Shown here one piece after another: positions 1 to 8,651 of a DNA stretch of 64,000 bases. The DNA lies in assembly GCA_964608425.1 (NCBI GenBank), contig CAZSNN010000002.1, forward strand, positions 251 to 64,250, given 5' to 3'. A program made the translations under genes and the position numbers. This stretch comes from an uncultured Gammaproteobacteria bacterium. GTDB taxonomy: Bacteria; Patescibacteriota; Patescibacteriia; Patescibacteriales; UBA12465. The notes below the pieces were generated by a model that saw only the letters and a list, made by a program, of their open reading frames with translations, did no database searches and was not told the DNA's origin. The first letter of the stretch is position 1; the number at the start of each line of letters is the position of its first letter.

Positions 1-48
1 CTTTCTTGGCTTTTTTCTTGGTAAATTTTATTTAGTATAATTTTAAAT

Positions 49-76
49 AGAGCGTTTATATATTCGCTCTTTTTTA
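49..76 (+). terminator. Rho-independent terminator-like hairpin
   Basis: AGAGCG (49-54), 10-nt loop, CGCTCT (65-70), then a T5 run. It follows a possible 3' gene end (in-frame TAA at 22-24) at the window edge. Confidence 0.45.
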
Positions 77-82
77 TTATGC

Positions 83-111
83 TTGACATTAATGTTAGAA
101 TAACATAACAT
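83..111 (+). promoter_or_regulatory. Candidate sigma70-type promoter for the DUF2178/XRE pair
   Basis: TTGACA at 83-88, 17-nt spacer, TAACAT at 106-111 (4/6 match to TATAAT). The near-repeat GTTAGAATAA / GTTAGAAATAA lies downstream. Confidence 0.35.
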
Positions 112-140
112 ATAAATAGTTAGAAATAATTAACAATAAT

Positions 141-539
141 ATGAAAATCAAACAATACAAAATTTGTCGTTTAGCAATTATTATATTGCTTTCTATGTCC
201 ATTAGTGTTTCTATGACTATGGAAAATTATTATCTTCCTATCATTTTTACCATTAGTGCTATAGCTGGAATGTATTATTGCAAAAAACAACTCAATGCTA
301 AAAAGGTGATGGTTGATGAAAGGGATTATCAAATTGCGGGAAAAGCATCACGCTATTCTATCTATGTTTATTCTTGGATAGGTGCTATTGGCACCTTTGT
401 TTTAATGGCTCTTTCTAAGGACAATCCAATTCTTTTTGATTTGGGTCAATTTTTGGCTTTTAGTGTCTGTTTTTTAATGTTGTTAAATGCTTTTTTGTTT
501 AGGTATTTAATTAATAAACAAAATAATGATAAAGAATAA
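141..539 (+). CDS. Small integral membrane protein, DUF2178-like
   Basis: 132 aa with 4 hydrophobic helices and a central DERD motif. It overlaps the downstream XRE regulator by 14 nt, which is the usual DUF2178 + YozG-type HTH gene pair. Confidence 0.6.
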   Translation: MKIKQYKICRLAIIILLSMSISVSMTMENYYLPIIFTISAIAGMYYCKKQLNAKKVMVDERDYQIAGKASRYSIYVYSWIGAIGTFVLMALSKDNPILFDLGQFLAFSVCFLMLLNAFLFRYLINKQNNDKE

Positions 540-717
540 AATAAAAGTCAGGCGACTTGAGGCTGGATTAACTCAAGAAGAATTAGCGGAAAAAGTGGGG
601 ATTAGAAGAGAAACAATTGTTTTTTTAGAGCAGGGAAAATACAATCCATCCCTTAAGTTAGCCATGGATATAGCTAAAGTTTTTAAAATTAAGGTTGATG
701 ATTTATTTTTTTTCTAA
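526..717 (+). CDS. XRE/Cro-C1 family helix-turn-helix transcriptional regulator (YozG-like)
   Basis: 63 aa. The stretch [44 protein letters not shown] is a textbook HTH_3 domain. Confidence 0.85.
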   Translation: MIKNKIKVRRLEAGLTQEELAEKVGIRRETIVFLEQGKYNPSLKLAMDIAKVFKIKVDDLFFF

Positions 718-724
718 GCTTCTG

Positions 725-753
725 TTGACATAATATTTTAGTTGATATATAAT
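725..753 (+). promoter_or_regulatory. Consensus sigma70-type promoter of the MarR gene
   Basis: TTGACA (725-730), exact 17-nt spacer, TATAAT (748-753). This places the ORF-track start at 753 inside the promoter, so the CDS start moves to the ATG at 786. Confidence 0.7.
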
Positions 754-764
754 TGACATATCAA
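742..764. promoter_or_regulatory. Inverted repeat overlapping the -10 box; candidate MarR operator
   Basis: TTGATAT (742-748) and ATATCAA (758-764) are perfect reverse complements with a 9-nt spacer. The repeat straddles the -10 hexamer directly upstream of a MarR-family gene. Confidence 0.45.
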
Positions 765-785
765 TTAAATATTAAATTTAATCTT

Positions 786-1223
786 ATGGTAAAAATAAAT
801 CAAAAAGTTAAACTCATTATTAATTTAGCTAAAACTCATTCCATTTTTGTTAAACGTTTTGAAGGGGGGCTGGGGAATGGTTTAGGTCTTAATGAGTTTT
901 TAATTTTATTTCATTTAAACCAATCAATAGACAAAAAAATGCGTCGTATTGATTTAGCTGAAAAGATTGGCGTGACAGCCTCGGGTATAACTAGAATGCT
1001 TTTACCAATGGAAAAAATTGGTTTAGTAAAAAGTGATTCTTTTTCTGTGGATGCTAGGGTTAAGTTTGTAAGCATTTCAAAGAGTGGAGAAGAAAAAATT
1101 AAGGAAACTTTAGAAAGGTTCAGTGATTTAATTGAAGAAATTTTATTTTCAATTAAAGACAGCGAAATAAAAAAAGTTTCAGATTTATTATTAGAAATAG
1201 GGGGAAAAATTTTGATAGCTTAA
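786..1223 (+). CDS. MarR-family winged-helix transcriptional regulator
   Basis: The pattern LNEFLILFHL...MRRIDLAEKIGVTASGITRMLLPMEKIGLVK...DARVKFVSISKSG matches a MarR wHTH. The start is set at the first ATG (MVKINQK) downstream of the promoter. Confidence 0.75.
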   Translation: MVKINQKVKLIINLAKTHSIFVKRFEGGLGNGLGLNEFLILFHLNQSIDKKMRRIDLAEKIGVTASGITRMLLPMEKIGLVKSDSFSVDARVKFVSISKSGEEKIKETLERFSDLIEEILFSIKDSEIKKVSDLLLEIGGKILIA

Positions 1224-1233
1224 TAATAATTTT

Positions 1234-1878
1234 ATGAAGAAGGAAAAAACACAAATAATTTTAATTCATGGAGGCCAAACTTTTAAAAATCATCGTGATT
1301 ATTTAAATTTTTTAAAAAATCTTGAGGTTTCCATAGAAAAGAAGGTCAAATGGAGCGGAAAATACTTAGATAAAAAACTAGGAAATGATTTTGATATTAT
1401 TAAACCCAGGATGCCCCTGGGATTAAATGCTAAATATGAAGATTGGAAAATATATTTTGAAAGATATTTTCCTTTATTAAAAGATAATATTATTTTAATT
1501 GGTAATTCTTTGGGTGGAATATTTTTAGCTAAATATTTGTCAGAAAATAAATTTCCTAGAAAGATTTTATCGATCTATTTAATTGCGGCTCCTTTTGACG
1601 ATACTTTACCTAAGGACGATTTAGCTGGAGGTTTTAAATTAAAATCAGATTTATCAAAGTTATCAAAATTTAATAATTTAAATTTATTGTTTTCTGAAAA
1701 TGATGATGTTGTTCCTCTTTCTCATTCTAAAAAATATCGCAATAAATTACCAAACGCTAATATTAGAGTATATAAAAATAAAAATGGTCATTTTAAAGTT
1801 AAAACCTTTCCAGAGCTAATAAAAATGATTAAAAATGACAAAAAATTTAATATTGACAATAATAAAAAAAAGTGTTAA
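1234..1878 (+). CDS. Alpha/beta-fold serine hydrolase (YdeN/RBBP9-like)
   Basis: IILIHGG near the N-terminus, nucleophile elbow GNSLGG, and later DDVVP and GHF, consistent with a Ser-Asp-His triad. Confidence 0.6.
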   Translation: MKKEKTQIILIHGGQTFKNHRDYLNFLKNLEVSIEKKVKWSGKYLDKKLGNDFDIIKPRMPLGLNAKYEDWKIYFERYFPLLKDNIILIGNSLGGIFLAKYLSENKFPRKILSIYLIAAPFDDTLPKDDLAGGFKLKSDLSKLSKFNNLNLLFSENDDVVPLSHSKKYRNKLPNANIRVYKNKNGHFKVKTFPELIKMIKNDKKFNIDNNKKKC

Positions 1879-1907
1879 TATTGCTGGTTAATATAGATCT
1901 TTAAAAT

Positions 1908-2543
1908 ATGAAAAAAATTATTGGTACTACTAGGGTAGTCTTTGTTGGAAGAATGTTGGTTTTTAAATTTCCTAGAATCAATTTAAGAGAAATAAAAAAT
2001 CTTTTAATGTCGGAAATTTCTTTATTTTTTGAATATTCTAAAAGAGATGGTTTTAAAAAACATTTGTCTTCTCATATTAAAAAAAAGCGAGAATTGTCTA
2101 AATATTTAAAAACATCAGCTAAAGAAAAAAACTTGTCTAGAGGCTTAAGGGTATTACCTCATCGTAGGTATGAATTTGTTGCTCTGAATGTTGAAATGTT
2201 TGGAGGGTTTATGGCCAATTGGAACGAGTTTATATTCTTTGTAAAAACTAGAAATAAATTTCTTCTTCCAACGTATTTCTCTTTTTTTGGTTTAATTAAT
2301 ATTCAAAAAAAGGGAAATGTCCTGAACTGGAAAGATGGAGATTTCTTTGTCTTTTTGCAAAATAATAGCAAAATTAAAGATCAGATTTTTGTTGATGCTC
2401 ACTCCTTTGACAACCCTCAAAACTTTTACTTAGATAATGGCAAACTAAAAATGATCGACTATGGAAGTCGTCATTGTAGGTCGTTTATCTTGGAAAATTG
2501 GGAACAAATTCAAAATAATTTCCCAAGACCGTCTAAAGAATAG
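1908..2543 (+). CDS. Hypothetical protein, possibly with a protein-kinase-like fold
   Basis: 211-aa ORF. It has VFKFPR (lysine strand-like), HSFDNPQN (catalytic-loop-like) and MIDYG (DFG-like). The spacing is not canonical. Confidence 0.4.
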   Translation: MKKIIGTTRVVFVGRMLVFKFPRINLREIKNLLMSEISLFFEYSKRDGFKKHLSSHIKKKRELSKYLKTSAKEKNLSRGLRVLPHRRYEFVALNVEMFGGFMANWNEFIFFVKTRNKFLLPTYFSFFGLINIQKKGNVLNWKDGDFFVFLQNNSKIKDQIFVDAHSFDNPQNFYLDNGKLKMIDYGSRHCRSFILENWEQIQNNFPRPSKE

Positions 2544-2562
2544 GCGGTTTTTTGTTTCTAAA

Positions 2563-3714
2563 TTATAACCGAAGCATTGGCTTTCTATCCACTCGAAGAA
2601 TTTTTTTACCTTCTAGCCAAAATTTTTTGTTGATAATATTGTAATAAGCAGCTATTCCAATCATTCCAGCATTATCGCTACGGAATCTTTTTTCTGGAAT
2701 TAGATATTTTTTATTTGATTTTTTAGCTAATTTACCAACTTCTCTAATTATATATTTATTATTAGAAACACCGCCGCCAATAATTATTGATTTTATTTCT
2801 GGATAAAGTTGTATGGTTTTTTTAAGCTTTGCTAAAAGGGAAGCGGAGACAGCATTAATAAATTCCCTGGAAAAATCATAAGACCAATCATTGTCTTTTT
2901 TATATTTTTCTCTAAGATCTTTAATTTTATATAAACAAGCGGTTTTTAATCCTGAGAAACTAAAATTTAAGTCCTTAGAATGAATCATGGGGATTGGTAA
3001 TCCAAATCTACCCGCAATAGCCGATTTGGGTTTTTTATCATTTCTTTCTTTTATTCCCATTTCGGTGTCAGACCATTTTTTAGAGGCTTTATCAGCCAGC
3101 ATAGTTAAGATTGGTCCACCGGGGTATCCAATATTCATCATTCTGGCCACCTTATCAAAAGCCTCTCCAGCAGCATCATCAAGAGTCTCTCCTAAAATCT
3201 TATAATTATTTATATTTTTGACATAAACTATTTCAGTGTGGTTTCCTGAGACTAATAAAGCTAAGGCTGGAAAAATAGTTTTTTCTTGTTTAGTTAAAAC
3301 CGCCCCGTGTTCTTTTTTGTTAAGGATAAAAGAAGCTAATAAATGTCCTTCCATGTGATTGATAGGGACTAGTTTTTTCTTTCTTTGGTAGGCGAGGTCT
3401 TTAGCAAAATTAACACCCACCTCTAAGGCTATAGCTAGCCCAGGTCCATAAGTTACGGCTATAAATTCAATATCGTCTTCTTTTATCCGAGCTCTTTTAA
3501 GGGCCTCTCTGTAGACCTTATCAATATTGTCTTGGTGAGCTCTTCTGGCTATGTCAGGAACAACTCCACCCCATTTTTTATGCAATTCTACTTGAGAGGA
3601 TATAACACTAGATAAAACAACTCTTCCTCTCAAAACCGCTACCGAGGTGTCGTCGCAACTGGTATCTATTGCCAGAATAATTGGATTTTTACTAATTTTA
3701 TTATCTTTATTCAT
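2563..3714 (-). CDS. tsaD: tRNA N6-adenosine threonylcarbamoyltransferase TsaD
   Basis: ILAIDTSCDDTSVAV, GPGLAIALEVG, metal-binding HMEGH and GGVSNN. The upstream tsaC-tsaE ORF overlaps it by 8 nt. Confidence 0.9.
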   Translation of the reverse strand: MNKDNKISKNPIILAIDTSCDDTSVAVLRGRVVLSSVISSQVELHKKWGGVVPDIARRAHQDNIDKVYREALKRARIKEDDIEFIAVTYGPGLAIALEVGVNFAKDLAYQRKKKLVPINHMEGHLLASFILNKKEHGAVLTKQEKTIFPALALLVSGNHTEIVYVKNINNYKILGETLDDAAGEAFDKVARMMNIGYPGGPILTMLADKASKKWSDTEMGIKERNDKKPKSAIAGRFGLPIPMIHSKDLNFSFSGLKTACLYKIKDLREKYKKDNDWSYDFSREFINAVSASLLAKLKKTIQLYPEIKSIIIGGGVSNNKYIIREVGKLAKKSNKKYLIPEKRFRSDNAGMIGIAAYYNIINKKFWLEGKKILRVDRKPMLRL

Positions 3715-4807
3715 ATATATTTATATCTCTAGTTTCTTCGTCTAAATATTTAAAGATTATATTTATTATTTTTCCACCGGCTTTATTAATCTTGATTTTT
3801 AAATCCTTTAAAAATTTATCGGCCCATTCTATAACTATAATATTTTCTGGTATTAAATATTGGTCTAAGCCAATTGTTTCTAAGTCTTTTAAGCTATCTA
3901 TTCTCCAGGTATCAATATGAATAAATTGACCTTTTCTTGAACCAAATTTGTAGTCATATTCGTTTAAAATCGTAAAGGTGGGTGATTTTATTAAATTTTT
4001 TATCTTTAATTTTTTGGCCAAACCTTTAGAGAATTGGGTTTTACCAGCACCTAATTCTCCTGACAAGAAAAAAACTAAAGGTTTATTTAGCGGTTCGTCA
4101 ATATATTTTAACATCGTCATCTCGCCAAAATTAATCGTTTCTTGGTCTTTTTTGGTTTGAGCTGACATAATTATCTTTTTGTTAGACAATTGTTTTTTTA
4201 GGTTAATTTGCCCAGGTCTCATAATATTTAGGTTGTTCATAGTGGTATCAACTACAGTAGAGGTTTCTCTCTTTGGTAAATTTCCCGCGTCAATTATGAG
4301 GTCAATTAAGTCTTGACTTTTTTGAGGGCAGTCTTTGAGCAAATTTTTTATACAGTAAGGCTTTGGTAAATATGATATGTTGGCTGAGGTGGCAGTAATT
4401 GGTTTACCAAATTTTTTTATTATTTCTATTATTAATTTAAAGTCAGGAAGGCGAATTCCTAGTGTTCCATACTCTGATTCTACGTCCGGAGCAACTTTTT
4501 TTAAGCCTTTGGATACAATTGTAATTGGACCAGGAAGATAATTCTGGTATAGATTCTCGGCTATTTCATTGATTTTTACATATTTTTTGGCCATTTCAAT
4601 GTCGCTAACTGCAATTGAGAGAGGCTTTCCTTCACGTCGAGCTTTGTATTTAAATAGTTTTTTAATAGCTTGGGGATTGGTAGCGTCAGCTCCTAGTCCA
4701 TAACAAGTTTCAGTTGGGAAAACTAAAAGACCACCAGATTTTAGAACTTTTAAAGCCTGGTTAATAATATCCAATTCATTTTTAGGGTTATATTTTAAGA
4801 TTTTCAT
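3707..4807 (-). CDS. Fusion protein: L-threonylcarbamoyladenylate synthase (TsaC/YrdC domain) + TsaE (YjeE P-loop ATPase)
   Basis: Residues 1-200 carry the YrdC signature (VFPTETCYGLGADA, KPLSIAV, TSAN, STVVD). Residues 215-366 carry the TsaE signature (GELGAGKTQF, SPTFT, HIDTWRI). It is a single uninterrupted ORF. Confidence 0.8.
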   Translation of the reverse strand: MKILKYNPKNELDIINQALKVLKSGGLLVFPTETCYGLGADATNPQAIKKLFKYKARREGKPLSIAVSDIEMAKKYVKINEIAENLYQNYLPGPITIVSKGLKKVAPDVESEYGTLGIRLPDFKLIIEIIKKFGKPITATSANISYLPKPYCIKNLLKDCPQKSQDLIDLIIDAGNLPKRETSTVVDTTMNNLNIMRPGQINLKKQLSNKKIIMSAQTKKDQETINFGEMTMLKYIDEPLNKPLVFFLSGELGAGKTQFSKGLAKKLKIKNLIKSPTFTILNEYDYKFGSRKGQFIHIDTWRIDSLKDLETIGLDQYLIPENIIVIEWADKFLKDLKIKINKAGGKIINIIFKYLDEETRDINIYE

Positions 4808-4948
4808 TAAAAATTTTTATTTTTTACCATTTAAGTATAACAAAGTTTATAAAAAAAACAACTTTTATAAGTAAAATTTTGCTTTTTTTTGAATAATGAT
4901 ATATTATTATTGATAATAAGTAGATTTTAATATTAATTAATAATAAAA

Positions 4949-5515
4949 ATGAAGATAATTTCAGCAGAATTTGTTAAAGGTGTGGTCGGTGAAGATAAGG
5001 CCCTAAATACCCCTAGACCCCAATTAGCTTTTATTGGTAGGTCTAATGTTGGAAAATCAACTATTATTAATGCTTTAACTGGGCAAAAAAAATTATCTAA
5101 AACCAGCGCCTCTCCAGGAAGAACTAGAGAAATTAATTTATTTTTAATCAATAGCTCTATATATCTAATCGATTTGCCGGGTTATGGCTATGCGAAATTA
5201 CCACTAGAAATTAGGGATCAAATCGAAAGACTTATTAATTGGTATTTATTTCTTTCTGATTATCAACAAAAGAAGATTTTTTTGATTATTGATGCTAAGG
5301 TTGGGCCAACAAAAGATGATTTAGAGATGTTGATGGCTCTAGAGGAACATAATAAGGAAATTGTGATTATTGCCAATAAAATTGACAAGGTAAAGAGCTC
5401 TGAAAAAGATAAACAAGTTAAAAAAATTAAAGATTTAACAAATGGTCATAAAATAGTCTTATGTTCTGCTAAAAATAATTTAGGAATATCGGAAATAATC
5501 AAAGAAATTTTTTAA
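4949..5515 (+). CDS. engB: Ribosome biogenesis GTPase EngB/YsxC
   Basis: G1 GRSNVGKST, G3 DLPGYG and G4 NKIDK, with typical EngB length and order. Confidence 0.85.
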   Translation: MKIISAEFVKGVVGEDKALNTPRPQLAFIGRSNVGKSTIINALTGQKKLSKTSASPGRTREINLFLINSSIYLIDLPGYGYAKLPLEIRDQIERLINWYLFLSDYQQKKIFLIIDAKVGPTKDDLEMLMALEEHNKEIVIIANKIDKVKSSEKDKQVKKIKDLTNGHKIVLCSAKNNLGISEIIKEIF

Positions 5516-5536
5516 TAATTATATAATCATAAAAAT

Positions 5537-6991
5537 ATGGCCGAAGAAGTAATTTTGAGGTTTGACAATGTAACTTTTGAATATGTTCATAAAAAACCCT
5601 TATTAGATGAGGCTAGCTTTAGTGTTAGAAGGGGTGCTAAAATAACCCTAATGGGTCAAAATGGAGCTGGTAAGAGTACCATTTTTAATTTAATTAAAGG
5701 GGATTTAAAGCCAAAAAGTGGCTTCATATCTATTACCGGAGAAGCAACTATTGGGACAGCTCGACAAACAATTGCTCGCGAAGACATGGGTCTTAGTGTG
5801 GAAGAATATTTTTCCAAAGCTTTTGATATTATTCCTGGGAATATAAAAGCTAAAATCAATAAAGTATTGGAGGCGGTTGATTTTGTTACCCCCTTAGATA
5901 AAATAATTAGAGAGCTTTCTGGCGGTCAGCAAGCTCGATTACTTTTAGCTTATTCTCTTATCCAAAATCCCGATATATTATTATTAGATGAGCCCACTAA
6001 TAATTTAGATAAAGCCGGAATTAATCATTTAATAAGTTTTTTAATCATGTATGAAAAAACTGTTATAGTTATATCCCATGATGCTGATTTCTTAAATTGT
6101 TTTACCGAGGGTGTTGTTTATCTAGATATCTTCACCAGGAAAACTGAGTTATATGTTGGTGATTATTATTCTGTGGTAGAAGAAATTAGCCGAAGAATAG
6201 AGAGAGAAAAGATGAAAAATGCTCAATTAGAAAAAAGAATCAAAGACAGAAAAGAAAAAGTTAATTTTTTTGCTAATAAGGGTGGTAAAATGCGTAAATT
6301 GGCTAAAAAAATGAAAGATGAAACCGAGGAACTAGAGGAAAACAAGGTCGACGTTAGAAGAGAAGATCGAACTATTAGAAAATTTGAAATTCCAGTAGGA
6401 GAAAATATCAACGGTGATATTGTAAGTATAAAAAAAATAAAGATAATAAAAAATCATGAGCCCGTTATGAAGGACGTTAATAAAGTTTTAGGAAAAAAAG
6501 ATCGATTGATTATTAGTGGTCCCAATGGAATTGGAAAAAGCACTCTATTAAGATCTTTAGTAGCTGGCGGACAGGAAGGATTGGAAATTTCTCCAAAGGT
6601 TAAAATTGGTTATTATAGTCAAGATTTTTCGGCCCTAAATTTTTCGGACAAGGTTTTTGATTCTCTAAAAGAGTCTTTGGCTGATGGTATTGATGAGCAA
6701 ACCATGAGGGCCGTGGCAGCTGGTTTTTTAATTACCGGAGAATTAATGGATAATAAAATAGCTGATTTGTCTGAGGGACAAAAAGGATTATTGTCTTTTG
6801 CTAGATTAGTTTTGATGCAACCATCTTTATTAGTCTTAGACGAGCCAACCAATCATATCAATTTCCGTCATATTCCAATAATCGCCGAAGCCATCAATAA
6901 TTATGAAGGAGCAATAATCTTAATTAGTCATATGGAGGAATTTATTAAAGAAATTGATATTAATGACACGCTTGATTTAGGAGTTCTTTAA
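5537..6991 (+). CDS. ABC-F family ATPase (two ABC cassettes, no transmembrane domain)
   Basis: Two Walker A sites (GQNGAGKST, GPNGIGKST), two signature motifs (LSGGQQ, LSEGQK), two Walker B sites (LLLDEPTN, LVLDEPTN) and a charged interdomain linker. Confidence 0.85.
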   Translation: MAEEVILRFDNVTFEYVHKKPLLDEASFSVRRGAKITLMGQNGAGKSTIFNLIKGDLKPKSGFISITGEATIGTARQTIAREDMGLSVEEYFSKAFDIIPGNIKAKINKVLEAVDFVTPLDKIIRELSGGQQARLLLAYSLIQNPDILLLDEPTNNLDKAGINHLISFLIMYEKTVIVISHDADFLNCFTEGVVYLDIFTRKTELYVGDYYSVVEEISRRIEREKMKNAQLEKRIKDRKEKVNFFANKGGKMRKLAKKMKDETEELEENKVDVRREDRTIRKFEIPVGENINGDIVSIKKIKIIKNHEPVMKDVNKVLGKKDRLIISGPNGIGKSTLLRSLVAGGQEGLEISPKVKIGYYSQDFSALNFSDKVFDSLKESLADGIDEQTMRAVAAGFLITGELMDNKIADLSEGQKGLLSFARLVLMQPSLLVLDEPTNHINFRHIPIIAEAINNYEGAIILISHMEEFIKEIDINDTLDLGVL

Positions 6992-6999
6992 TATTTGAT

Positions 7000-7350
7000 T
7001 TAATATTTTTTAAAACGAACGCTAAATATTGGTTCATATTTATTATTATATTCATCAATTATTTCCACCGGTTCACCCTTTAATAATTTTGTTAGAGTGG
7101 CCTGACTTAAAATCTCCTTGTCGGACTCAATATCAGACTTAATTGAATATAATTGTTCCATTTCCGATTTCAAATCATTTTTTAGAGTCTCTTCTAGCTT
7201 TTTCTTTTTTAGTTTTAAACTTTCTAATTCTTCTAATACATTTTGATATTCTTGGGAATTAGCTAGAACGTCTCGATACATTTGTTTAATAGTTTTTTGC
7301 TCTTTTTGTTTCTCTTTAATTTTTGAAAAAATTTCTTGAACGTTAACCAT
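7000..7350 (-). CDS. Hypothetical coiled-coil protein
   Basis: 116-aa ORF rich in E/K/L heptad-like sequence. No recognisable motif. Confidence 0.5.
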   Translation of the reverse strand: MVNVQEIFSKIKEKQKEQKTIKQMYRDVLANSQEYQNVLEELESLKLKKKKLEETLKNDLKSEMEQLYSIKSDIESDKEILSQATLTKLLKGEPVEIIDEYNNKYEPIFSVRFKKY

Positions 7351-7419
7351 AAGTTTAAAATTATTTTTTAATTATAAAAATAATATACACTAAAAATTTT
7401 TTAAAGTAAAATTTATTTT

Positions 7420-8646
7420 ATGAATTATGATATTGCAATAATTGGTGGTGGTCCAGCTGGATTAATGGCTGCAGTTAGATCCGGGGAATTAGGTTTTAGT
7501 GTTATTTTATTGGAGAAAAATGACAAATTAGGTATAAAATTATTAGCCACTGGAGGGGGGCGTTCCAATATTACCAATCTAAATGATAATAGAAATATTG
7601 CTCAGAGCTTTGGCAATAATGGCAAATGGTTATTGTCAGGTTTGAGTCGATTTGGACCGGAGGATGTTTTGAAGTTTTTTAATAATAATAATTTACCAAC
7701 CAAAGTTGAAGATAATAGTCGAGTATTTCCTGAAAATAATTCTTCCCAAAAAGTTTTAGATGTTTTCTTATTTCTTTTAAAAAAATATTCCATTGAAGTA
7801 AAAACGAAAGCTGAAGTTAAAAAAATAATAAAAAAAGAAAACAAAATTGAAAAAATAATTTTATCTAATGGGGAAAAGATCGTAGCTAAAAACTTTATGA
7901 TATGTACTGGCGGAAAATCTTATCCGAGTACTGGGTCGACTGGTGATGGCTATACCTGGTTAAAAGAAATGGGGCATGATATTATTAAATTACGACCAGC
8001 TTTAGTCCCTATAAAGATAAAAAATCCTTCTATTAGGGAGCTAGAGGGTTTAAGTTTGTTGGATGTAAACACTTCTTATTGGCGTAAAAATAAAAAAATT
8101 TGTTCCGAGAGGGGAGATTTAATTTTTACCAGCAATGGCTTAAGTGGTCCTGCTATACTTAATCTTAGTGGAAAATTGGATAATTTAGAAGATCAATCAG
8201 GAGTAAAAATATCAATTGATCTTTTTCCTGATTTAGATTTTTCTGAATTAGATAAAAAAATACAAGATAAATTTAGTTCTGAAAATAGATTTTTAAAAAA
8301 TGCTTTAGTGGGCCTTGTTCCGCCAAAACTAATTCCAGTTTTAATTTCTTGGCTTAAAATAGATTCAGAAAAAAAAGCTAATTTAATTAGTCGGACTGAA
8401 AGACATAATTTAGTTAAGTTATTAAAAAAACTGGAATTTAATGGTGCTGGCTCAGAGGGATTTGATAGAGCTATGATAACTGCCGGAGGAGTAAATTTGA
8501 AAGAAGTTGACCCTAAAAATATGAAATCAAAAATAATTAATAATTTATATATAGCTGGTGAAATTTTAGATTTAAATGGTCCAACTGGTGGTTATAATCT
8601 GCAAGTTTGTTGGACAACTGGATATATTGCTGGCCAATTATTATAA
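7420..8646 (+). CDS. FAD-dependent oxidoreductase, HI0933/YhiN (BaiN-like) family
   Basis: N-terminal dinucleotide fold DIAIIGGGPAGLMAA, LATGGGRSNITN, and C-terminal GEILDLNGPTGGYNLQ, typical of the HI0933-like family. Confidence 0.75.
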   Translation: MNYDIAIIGGGPAGLMAAVRSGELGFSVILLEKNDKLGIKLLATGGGRSNITNLNDNRNIAQSFGNNGKWLLSGLSRFGPEDVLKFFNNNNLPTKVEDNSRVFPENNSSQKVLDVFLFLLKKYSIEVKTKAEVKKIIKKENKIEKIILSNGEKIVAKNFMICTGGKSYPSTGSTGDGYTWLKEMGHDIIKLRPALVPIKIKNPSIRELEGLSLLDVNTSYWRKNKKICSERGDLIFTSNGLSGPAILNLSGKLDNLEDQSGVKISIDLFPDLDFSELDKKIQDKFSSENRFLKNALVGLVPPKLIPVLISWLKIDSEKKANLISRTERHNLVKLLKKLEFNGAGSEGFDRAMITAGGVNLKEVDPKNMKSKIINNLYIAGEILDLNGPTGGYNLQVCWTTGYIAGQLL

Positions 8647-8651
8647 AAAAT

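Noticed and set aside
2987-3205. Short ORFs antisense to, or out of frame within, long genes. Examples: 2987-3205, 3978-4160, 4933-5151, 5656-5859, 6223-6411, 6619-6852, 7602-7844, 8846-9034, 10644-10949, 10787-10993, 11863-12063, 14192-14485, 15343-15528, 16709-17026, 24633-24878, 25359-25589, 26339-26671, 28716-28922, 34645-34929, 41005-41205, 43147-43344, 43404-43793, 44322-44627, 47299-47490, 48080-48394, 48836-49030, 51067-51381, 55803-56078, 57353-57610, 58603-58863, 59081-59299, 59946-60134 and 62586-62795.
   Set aside because: - Each lies entirely inside a longer ORF on the other strand or frame that has clear family motifs.
- Their translations are low-complexity (S/L/F/I-rich), as expected from reading AT-rich coding DNA in the wrong frame.
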